A DNA stretch of 64,000 nucleotides from a virus (taxonomy: Duplodnaviria; Heunggongvirae; Uroviricota; Caudoviricetes). Position numbers and translations under genes: made by a program. This document shows, in pieces, positions 56,034 to 64,000 of the stretch. Below the pieces are notes generated by a model. That model was not told where the DNA came from. It searched no databases and worked only from the letters and a program-made list of their open reading frames with translations. Position 1 is the stretch's first letter. Every line of letters starts with the position of its first letter. The stretch covers positions 67 through 64,066 of the IMG/VR virus record IMGVR_UViG_3300021354_000001; one strand, written 5' to 3'.

Positions 56034-58700
56034 ATGGCCTCATTTACAGACAAAATATCACAATTTAATCCCTACATTCAACAGCTTCCTGCACAAGAAA
56101 TGCAGCAAGTTGGTATGTATAAACAGCAACAGTATGACCAAGGAGTTCAAAAAATCCAAGGATATATTGATAATATTGCTGGGATGGATGTTATGAACGA
56201 TGCTGATAAACAATACCTACAATCAAAACTTAATGATTTAGGTGGTAAACTTAGAACAGTGGCTGCTGGAGATTTTTCTAATCATCAGCTTGTTAACTCT
56301 GTAGGTGGTATGGCTACATCTATTGTAAAAGATCCCACTATTCAAACTGCTGTAGCATCTACACAAAGAGCTAGAACTGAATTAGCTACAGCTGAAGATT
56401 TATATCGTCAGGGTAAATCATCTATAAATAATGTAAACTATTTAAAAGGTCAAGTTAATCAATATTTAAATTCAAAAACTGCTGGAACTTCTTTTACAGG
56501 TAAATATATAAACTATGTAGATCTGAATAAGAAGTGGATGGATTTAGCAGACAATTTAAAAAAGACTGCTCCTGATAAAAGTGTTGACAATCCATATAAA
56601 ACAGATGCTAATGGAAACACTTTATATTATAAAACAGATGCTAAGGGAAATGTAACTCAAGCAAGTGGTCCTCAAGATGGTCAGCCAGTATTGAGCGATG
56701 CTATGAAAAGAATCACTGTTAAAGGTGTATCTGCACAATCTTTATATGATTCATTTAAATCATCTTTAACTAGTGATGATGAACAACAAATGAAGGTGGA
56801 TGCTTGGGCACACTATCAAGGAAAAGGTCCTAACTCAGTTATAGAAGATTATTCAAAATCTACAGAACAAGCTAAAGCTTCTCTTAAAGGTGGAATAAGC
56901 GGACTTAAGGTGATGTTATTAACAAGTCCAAATTTAACAGCTCCTGAAAAATTAGATATACAAGCTAAGATTAATCAATATCAAAACAAATTAAATAGTG
57001 GAGATTTAGATAAAGAACTAGTTCAAACAATAGCTGATTTACAAGATCCAAGAAATTTAGAAACTGCTCAGTATAATGCCTATGTTAGAAAGACATTAAA
57101 TGGACAGGCAGTAATGTTAGCTAACCAAAGTGAAAGTGAAGCAATCTTAGCTAATCCTTATGAAGCAGCAAATCATGCACGTCAAGTTCTTCAAGAATCA
57201 ATACGTGAACATAACTTGACATATAACATAGCAAAATCTAATCTTGCACTTAGTGAACAAAGATTGAGAGATGATGAGCTTAAAACAAAAATGGAGTTTG
57301 AGTGGAGAGATAAAGAATATAAAGCTAAGTATCCAGGAATTATCACTGTAGATAGAGCTATCTCTTCACATATAGTTGCTCCAACAAAAGGAAGTTTAGA
57401 AACTGATATTTCTAAACTTGATGAAAGTAAAAATTTACTGAATGGTGATTATGCTAAAAAACTTAATTTAGATGAAAAAGGATTAAATGATCTTTATTCA
57501 AAATATAGAATTAATCCAACAGCTGTAACAGGCAATGATGAATTACAATATGCACAAAGGAGAGATTATTTTGAAAGACAAGTGGCTCAAAAGAATAATA
57601 TAAAAAATTTAGTTGCAGAAGGTAGCAAAAAATTTGATGAAGAAATAACTGATATTTTAAAAAGTGAAAAACCTTTACTTAATAATAATAATGTACAATT
57701 AGCATCAGCCAAACAGTTGTATGATATAAATGAAATTGTAAAGAAACATTATAAATCATATCAATCAAGTGGTGGAGTTGGTGGTAGTGTTTCTTATTCT
57801 GATTTTAATGAATCAGCAATTAGGAAAGAAGTTGGAAGTGATCCAACAAAAATAGCAATTGCAACAGCATTAATTAAAAGAGTAAAAGGAGAACCTCTTA
57901 CAGCTAGTGAAAGAATTATAACTGATAAAACTTTAGACATTAATAGTAGAATGGCTCCTGTTTTAGATAACGTTATTAAAAAGAAATTTGATTACGAAAC
58001 AAAAACTATAGCTAAATTAGATCCATCATATCAAGAACAAGTTGGAACAATTAATCCAAAGAATGAGCATGATATGTCTATATTAGGTAATTTAATTGGT
58101 AATACAATTGATACTTATAACACTCTTGGTAAATTAGATCTTTCTAATGGAGCTAAATATGATCCAGATACTTTAGCTGGTATGAGATCTGATTCAGGAA
58201 GAGCTAAAGAAGATGTTACTAGTAGTATTATAAAAAGACCAGATGGATCTGCATTGATAGTTATTAATCAAGGAACTAAATCACAAACAATTCCAGTTAG
58301 TGCTAAAGATTTTGGTGGTTATTTTCCAGACTATGCTAAATCAAATCCTTTTAATGAGGATATACATGCAATAGATGCAAGCCCTTATGGTACTACTAAT
58401 ATGGGTCCAGGTAATGGAAGAACTTCAGCAGATGGTGTAAATGCTGCTCACTCAGGATATGAACTTCCATTATTACAAAATACTCCTTGGGCAAGTAAAG
58501 TGAGATATGATATTGTTGGTGATAAGGGAGATGATGGTATGAGTAATGGATATGCAGTGAGACTGTTTATTAATAAAAATGGTATATGGATACCTGCTGA
58601 TACAAAAGGTGGTTATAGAAATGCTGCCACTATACAAAATTATCTACAGACTGAATTAGGTACTCAAACAATTGAAAATATATTAAAAACTAATAAGTAA
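56034..58700 (+). CDS. giant virion protein
   Basis: 888 aa ORF. Confidence 0.4.
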   Translation: MASFTDKISQFNPYIQQLPAQEMQQVGMYKQQQYDQGVQKIQGYIDNIAGMDVMNDADKQYLQSKLNDLGGKLRTVAAGDFSNHQLVNSVGGMATSIVKDPTIQTAVASTQRARTELATAEDLYRQGKSSINNVNYLKGQVNQYLNSKTAGTSFTGKYINYVDLNKKWMDLADNLKKTAPDKSVDNPYKTDANGNTLYYKTDAKGNVTQASGPQDGQPVLSDAMKRITVKGVSAQSLYDSFKSSLTSDDEQQMKVDAWAHYQGKGPNSVIEDYSKSTEQAKASLKGGISGLKVMLLTSPNLTAPEKLDIQAKINQYQNKLNSGDLDKELVQTIADLQDPRNLETAQYNAYVRKTLNGQAVMLANQSESEAILANPYEAANHARQVLQESIREHNLTYNIAKSNLALSEQRLRDDELKTKMEFEWRDKEYKAKYPGIITVDRAISSHIVAPTKGSLETDISKLDESKNLLNGDYAKKLNLDEKGLNDLYSKYRINPTAVTGNDELQYAQRRDYFERQVAQKNNIKNLVAEGSKKFDEEITDILKSEKPLLNNNNVQLASAKQLYDINEIVKKHYKSYQSSGGVGGSVSYSDFNESAIRKEVGSDPTKIAIATALIKRVKGEPLTASERIITDKTLDINSRMAPVLDNVIKKKFDYETKTIAKLDPSYQEQVGTINPKNEHDMSILGNLIGNTIDTYNTLGKLDLSNGAKYDPDTLAGMRSDSGRAKEDVTSSIIKRPDGSALIVINQGTKSQTIPVSAKDFGGYFPDYAKSNPFNEDIHAIDASPYGTTNMGPGNGRTSADGVNAAHSGYELPLLQNTPWASKVRYDIVGDKGDDGMSNGYAVRLFINKNGIWIPADTKGGYRNAATIQNYLQTELGTQTIENILKTNK

Positions 58701-61700
58701 TGCCAATTTTTGATAACGAAATAAAAGATAAAGGAACTAAGCTCAGTAATATAGAATTACCTGATGTAGATAAACGTTCCCCCACTCCAACACAAATTAA
58801 TCCTAATTTGGGAATGGAAGATCTTTTTGGTTCAAATCAAACCCCAACATACAATGGTGTTAAATGGGGTGAGATGACAAATATTGGTGAGCAAAGAGGA
58901 TTTGATCGTCCATTCTCAGGTGTTACTAAAGCTACACTATTAGAGAATCAACGATATCCAATGTATCAAAAAGATGTTGATCTTGAAAACATCAATGCTC
59001 TTAATCAACCTTGGTATAAACAACTTGGTAATGGTCTTGCTAAAATGGGTATTTCTGCAGTAGGAACATTTGCTCAAACTACAATGACACTTCCTGATAC
59101 AGCAGATGCTGTTGCAACTGGAAGACTTTCTTCTTTATCTGGTGGAACAACTGGAGGAGTTGAAGCTACTACAGGTGATTGGATGAAAAAAATGGAAGAT
59201 ATATTTCCTAACTATGTTTCTACATATGAAAGAGAACATCCATTTAAATCAATTTTAGGTAGTGGATTTGCTAATTTTTTAGGAGATAAAATATTTAAGA
59301 ATATTGGAGTTATTGGTGGTTTTGTTGCTGGTGCTGCAGCACAGGATGCTGCTATAGGTTTTGTTACAGAAGGACTTGGAGAAATTCCAGGACTTGCTAA
59401 TCAAATTGGGAAAGCATCTTTAGCTATAAATAAATTTATTTCAGGTACTAATGATGTTGAAAAAACACTATCTGCATTATCAAAAGAAGCAGAAGTAGCA
59501 GGACGTGTACTAACTGATGAACAAATATTAAATGTAAGAAAACTTGGACAATTATCAGAAGCTAGTAAATTAAATACTGGATTAAAATATACATTAGCTC
59601 AGTATGGATCTGCTAGAACAATGGGTGCTGTAGATGCTAGAGATACTTATAATGAAGTAAATAAAAAATTAATAGAACAATATAAATCAACACATGGTGG
59701 TGATGATCCTGTAGGAAAAGATCTTGATGAGATAAATGATTATTCTACAAACGCTATGAATACTAGATTTGGTATTGATATGGTGTTACTCAGTGTATCT
59801 AACTCTATTCAATTTGATAACTTATTTAAATCATTTGGTAAAGCTTCAAAATCTGTTACAAGTGGATTAACACAAGATTTTGAAGGACTTGGTAAAATAG
59901 GGCTTAAAGAAAAAAGTCTTGATGAATTTGAAATGAAGGGTGCTACAAGTATACCAGGTAAAGCATGGGAATCTATTAGACCTAAACTTCCAAATATTTT
60001 TTCAGAAAGTGTTATTACTATGGGAGGAATGTATTCTGGTAGTAAAGGAGTAGAAGATTATTATACAAATAAATATAAAGATTTAAATAATCCTAAGAAT
60101 AAAGATAGTTTTGATAGTCTTAATCAAGTGCTTAAATCTACACAATATGCACTAGGTCAACAATTTGGAACAACAGAAGGATTAGATTCAATGTTTACAG
60201 GTGCTATGTTAGGACTTGTAACAAGTGCTATACATAGTGGTATTGATAGATCTAGAGGAATGTCAAAAGAACAAAGACTTCAAGAAGCTATTAATATAGT
60301 TAATGAACATAAGGTTACTAGTATATTAGGAGATAGATATAATGATACATTAAATTCTGTCAATAATGCAAAAGAAATGCAGGATGCTGCTAAGACTAAT
60401 AATATATTTAAATATAAAAATTTACAGCATGATGAATTTTTTAATCTTGTAAACTCACGTCTTAACGCAGGAATGCATGATTATACCATTGAGCAATTAA
60501 AAATGCTTAAAGATCTTCCTAAAGAAGAATTTGAAAAATACTTTGGTGTAGATTTTACTGATTCTAATAAAACAACTGTAGGAGAATATGTAAATACACT
60601 TATAGATCATGCAAATGAATTAAAGAAAACATATGATGCTATTTCTGGTACATTTAAAAATCCATATGAAAGATTTGTAAAAGCTGATACAGAAGAAAAG
60701 AAAAAATCTAATCAAGACTTTAATAACTTTGAAAAATGGAAAACAAACCTAACTTACTATAGTAGTATTAGTGGAGATGTAAATAGTAGAATAACTAGTA
60801 TTCAGAAAAATCTATATAATATTCATCCAGACTTAAATAATAATTTAGTTGCTAGTTTAGTAAATCCAGATTCTCTTAAAAATATAGCTCAATCTTATGA
60901 AGAAAGAGCTAAAGCTTTAAATGGTACTATCACTGATGATATGACTGCATCTGAAAAACAAGCTATTAAAGATGAAGTTAAAACATTACGTACCAATTCT
61001 GAAAAGATAAATCTTGCACTAAGTAATAAAAATTTAGATGCTAAAACATTCCATGATATATTAAACTTTGAGTTAAATAATCAAGATGGAACAAAAGATA
61101 ATGTTGTAGGATTTGAACATGCTCATGATTTATATGAATATGGTAACGATCTTAATAAATTAGCTATTCAAAAAAAGAAAGCAAGTCTTGCTGTTGATGC
61201 TCTTACAAGCTCAGAAGGATTTGAAAAGTTCTTTGATCTTGCTGAAAAGATGAATAGTGATATGAGATTTAATCCCAAAGACTTTAAACAAACATCAACA
61301 GAACCTACACCTCCACCAGCAGGAGGACTTAATGAAACACCAGAAGGTCCTAAGTTTACTAATAAAGAAGGCAATATTGAATCATTTGAAGTAGGTAGAC
61401 AATATTCTACAGAGAAGTTCAATGAGCCTAAAATTACTAAAATAGATGAAGATAGATGGCAAGTTAGTATTCCTAATGGTGCAACTACTTTTCATAAATC
61501 AAAAGAGAAAGCTCAAGCTAAAGTGAATGAAATAAAGCAAGATTATGCAGATCTTGCTACAGTGAAGATAATTGGGTTTAATGAAGATGGTACAATTAAG
61601 GTGGAAGATATTAATGGAGATATTCAAAATATTCCTGCTGAGGCTTTTGGTGGATATGAGAAGGTTGAATCTAGACAAGAGAAGCTTATTAAATATGCTG

Positions 61701-64000
61701 CTGAAGTTGGTAAGATACAAGATGAGTTAGAAAAGAATTCAGGAGATATTGCTACAGGTAGTGATGAAGAGGATATTAAAACAATGATTCAACAGTCTAG
61801 CTTTGAAGATAGAAAGAAGGATGCTCCTATTCTATTCTTATCAACCAAAACAGAATCTGAAGATTGGAGTGATACTTCTAAATCATCTCCTCATATTGTA
61901 CGTTCTAGAGAGTTTTTAAACAATGCTTCTAATCTCCCTAACAGAGCAGACTTACAAGCTATATTAGTTCACTATGGTAATGAAGCAGCATTAGGTCTTG
62001 ATGGACTTGCTAAGCTTTCTTATGGAGAAAACTTTGATGAAAAGAAAGTAACAGATTTACAAAGTGGATTCTTAGCACAAGTGTGGGTAACTAAAGATGG
62101 TTATTATATAGATAAAGCTGGTCAGAAGATTGGTAAGGTGGGTGAGCCTGTAGATTTAGATAAGGTGGTATTTCAAACTATGCCCACTACAAAACTTAAA
62201 GGTCTTGATGATAAAAATAAAGAATACAATCTACATAGAAATGACCAAGCTGCAGAAGCTGCAATAGCTCAACAACAATATATTGGTCTTAGAAAAACAA
62301 TTTTTCCAGATAAAAGTGCATCTCCTATATATTCTGATTTTGATGTTTCTAATGGTATTGGTATAGAATTAGAGAATGGTAAACAAAGAAATAATGTAAC
62401 AGAAACATTACTTCCTGCAGATGAAAAAACTGCTGAGAAGTTAATTGCTACACAGAAAGGATTGATCACTATATCTAAAGATGGTAGAGTTCAATTTAAA
62501 GGACAAAGCGTTAAGATTCCTAAAGGAAGACCTGTATTCAAATATGGAGATACATTAGTTCCTTTAAATAATGGTAAGCTTACTCCTGCTAGAGTGGATG
62601 CTATCTTTGAGATCTTCAAGAAGGTTTCTGATAACATGAAGACATTTAGTAAGGTGGCTCCAGAGTTAGAGTTCTTACAGAATGTTGTATTCTATAAGAG
62701 AGGTGATAAAGATAGAAAAGATAATCAAGTTTCTATTGATGAGAAAACTATGACTCTTTATATAGGAAAAAATAGTTTTGATATATCAGATGTAGCTAAC
62801 AACGAGAAGGAGATTAAAGAAAAGCTTTCTAATCTTTACACTAACATTAATAGTGTTAGCTTAGAAAAAAACTTTAATAATAAGTTTAGAGAGTTCTATA
62901 TAAAGAATGGTGAATTAACAAGTAATGTTTGGGATAACTATCAAACTTATTTATTATCTTCTAAATATCCTGATGGATCAGCTAGACCTGACTCAGATAT
63001 TCCATTAAAAACTAGTATTGCTAAAAGAACAGCTGATGCTCCAAGTAACTTCAAACAGAGATATAGTACAATCATTCCTACAAATCTTCCATTTAAAGTA
63101 GAAGCTCCTATTAAAAAAGTAGTAGAAGCTCCTAATGAGAAACAACAAAATAAAAATGAATTAGTTAAACAAGCTAATGGTGCCATTAAACAATTTGTAG
63201 ATAAAGAAATTGCTGCTGATAAGTCTGCTCCTGTTTCTAAATATACATATAATAATGAAACACCAAATACATATAATATTCCTGGATTTGGTGAAGTGGA
63301 TTTTGTTGTAGATAAAGATGGTAATGTTTCATTTGATGATACAGATGCTAGATTCTTAGCTGCAAGAGATGCTATTGTAAATAAGTTAGAAGCACTTGCT
63401 AATAAACCTAAAGCTGAACCAGCTCCAGAAGTTAAAACTCCTGAAGCACCTAAAAATGAATTAGATCCTAATAAGTTTAAGGGTACAGCTCCTAAAGATG
63501 ATTATAAATTAATAGGTGTTGATACAGACCAATCTCAAATTAGTGAAGCAGAAATTACTTTATTAAAAAGATGGCATGCTGAAAATGTTCCTAATATTCC
63601 TTATGAGATATTAGAAAACATTATCACTACACATGATGGTGAAAAAGCATTTGGTGTATTTCAAGATGGTGTAGCTAAGTTTTATAAAGGTGCTACAAAA
63701 GGAACTGAATATCATGAATTATTTCATGGTATATTTAATGGTTTCTTGTCTGAAGAACAAAGACAAGCTCTTAAAGAAGAATTTAAACAAAAAATAGGTT
63801 CATTTACAGATAGAGCTACAGGTAAGAGTATAAAATATTCTGATGCTACAGATAAACAATTTGAAGAAAGATTAGCTGATGATTTTGGTGAGTTTAGAAA
63901 AGGTAAGATGGCTGCCAAAAGTATTAGTCAAAGAGTGCTTGATTTCTTTAAAAATATTATTGAATGGTTTAAATCATTTGGAACTAAACGTTCTTTAGTG
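58700..64000 (+). CDS. giant protein of more than 1760 aa with an open frame that runs to the window end. It is not in the supplied ORF track
   Basis: ATG at 58700-58702 overlaps the TAA of the upstream gene in a TAATG arrangement. I read the frame through to position 64000 without meeting a stop, and spot checks (for example EPTPPPAGGL at 61301-61330) hold the frame. The track shows only short antisense ORFs across this span. Confidence 0.5.
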   Translation, partial: MPIFDNEIKDKGTKLSNIELPDVDKRSPTPTQINPNLGMEDLFGSNQTPTYNGVKWGEMTNIGEQRGFDRPFSGVTKATLLENQRYPMYQKDVDLENINALNQPWYKQLGNGLAKMGISAVGTFAQTTMTLPDTADAVATGRLSSLSGGTTGGVEATTGDWMKKMEDIFPNYVSTYEREHPFKSILGSGFANFLGDKIFKNIGVIGGFVAGAAAQDAAIGFVTEGLGEIPGLANQIGKASLAINKFISGTNDVEKTLSALSKEAEVAGRVLTDEQILNVRKLGQLSEASKLNTGLKYTLAQYGSARTMGAVDARDTYNEVNKKLIEQYKSTHGGDDPVGKDLDEINDYSTNAMNTRFGIDMVLLSVSNSIQFDNLFKSFGKASKSVTSGLTQDFEGLGKIGLKEKSLDEFEMKGATSIPGKAWESIRPKLPNIFSESVITMGGMYSGSKGVEDYYTNKYKDLNNPKNKDSFDSLNQVLKSTQYALGQQFGTTEGLDSMFTGAMLGLVTSAIHSGIDRSRGMSKEQRLQEAINIVNEHKVTSILGDRYNDTLNSVNNAKEMQDAAKTNNIFKYKNLQHDEFFNLVNSRLNAGMHDYTIEQLKMLKDLPKEEFEKYFGVDFTDSNKTTVGEYVNTLIDHANELKKTYDAISGTFKNPYERFVKADTEEKKKSNQDFNNFEKWKTNLTYYSSISGDVNSRITSIQKNLYNIHPDLNNNLVASLVNPDSLKNIAQSYEERAKALNGTITDDMTASEKQAIKDEVKTLRTNSEKINLALSNKNLDAKTFHDILNFELNNQDGTKDNVVGFEHAHDLYEYGNDLNKLAIQKKKASLAVDALTSSEGFEKFFDLAEKMNSDMRFNPKDFKQTSTEPTPPPAGGLNETPEGPKFTNKEGNIESFEVGRQYSTEKFNEPKITKIDEDRWQVSIPNGATTFHKSKEKAQAKVNEIKQDYADLATVKIIGFNEDGTIKVEDINGDIQNIPAEAFGGYEKVESRQEKLIKYAAEVGKIQDELEKNSGDIATGSDEEDIKTMIQQSSFEDRKKDAPILFLSTKTESEDWSDTSKSSPHIVRSREFLNNASNLPNRADLQAILVHYGNEAALGLDGLAKLSYGENFDEKKVTDLQSGFLAQVWVTKDGYYIDKAGQKIGKVGEPVDLDKVVFQTMPTTKLKGLDDKNKEYNLHRNDQAAEAAIAQQQYIGLRKTIFPDKSASPIYSDFDVSNGIGIELENGKQRNNVTETLLPADEKTAEKLIATQKGLITISKDGRVQFKGQSVKIPKGRPVFKYGDTLVPLNNGKLTPARVDAIFEIFKKVSDNMKTFSKVAPELEFLQNVVFYKRGDKDRKDNQVSIDEKTMTLYIGKNSFDISDVANNEKEIKEKLSNLYTNINSVSLEKNFNNKFREFYIKNGELTSNVWDNYQTYLLSSKYPDGSARPDSDIPLKTSIAKRTADAPSNFKQRYSTIIPTNLPFKVEAPIKKVVEAPNEKQQNKNELVKQANGAIKQFVDKEIAADKSAPVSKYTYNNETPNTYNIPGFGEVDFVVDKDGNVSFDDTDARFLAARDAIVNKLEALANKPKAEPAPEVKTPEAPKNELDPNKFKGTAPKDDYKLIGVDTDQSQISEAEITLLKRWHAENVPNIPYEILENIITTHDGEKAFGVFQDGVAKFYKGATKGTEYHELFHGIFNGFLSEEQRQALKEEFKQKIGSFTDRATGKSIKYSDATDKQFEERLADDFGEFRKGKMAAKSISQRVLDFFKNIIEWFKSFGTKRSLV

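Noticed and set aside
1-64000. CRISPR array, integrase, attachment site or tRNA cluster
   Set aside because: I saw no regularly spaced direct repeats. No tyrosine or serine recombinase motifs were recognised in any ORF. The only tRNA-like signal is the isolated T-arm motif listed in the findings.

Overview
The window reads as a contiguous piece of a tailed dsDNA phage genome, about 33% GC, with coding density above 90%. The host is most likely a Bacteroidetes (Flavobacteriia/Bacteroidia-type) bacterium. Evidence: no Shine-Dalgarno motifs and A-rich stretches before starts, two promoters that fit the Bacteroidetes sigma-A consensus (TTTG at -33, TAnnTTTG at -7), and poly-Thr linkers in the tail proteins. 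The genome falls into two divergent blocks. Block 1 (1..23800) is on the minus strand and carries early and replication genes. These include an rIIA-like GHKL ATPase, a uracil-DNA glycosylase homolog with Cys in place of the catalytic Asp, a DnaG-type primase with a degenerate zinc ribbon, a T7 gp2.5-like ssDNA-binding protein, a Sak4/RecA-like ATPase, an SF2 helicase, a DnaB-like helicase and a compact family-B DNA polymerase. Two free-standing GIY-YIG homing endonucleases sit among these genes. The block also holds many small ORFs, a tandem pair of zinc-ribbon paralogs, highly acidic proteins, a cluster of small membrane proteins with a lipoprotein, and a 1.4 kb ORF-poor stretch with RNA-like structure. 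The switch region (23800..24236) contains a GC-rich structured element and a perfect 14 bp palindrome. Block 2 (24237 to the window end) is on the plus strand. It opens with a regulatory cassette (T5orf172 plus HTH, a sigma-r4-like HTH protein, an HU-like protein, a Cys-rich protein). It continues with small terminase, large terminase, portal, an SPFH/band-7 protein, scaffold and major capsid protein. After these come a tail and fibre module with poly-Thr linkers, shared Cys-rich N-terminal modules, a tail-collar fibre and a metallophosphoesterase-like protein. The block ends with a run of giant proteins of 1684, 607, 1074 and 888 aa, plus an open frame of more than 1760 aa that runs off the window end and is absent from the supplied ORF track. 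I found no CRISPR array, integrase or convincing endolysin. All functional calls rest on motifs read by eye; nothing was searched against a database.
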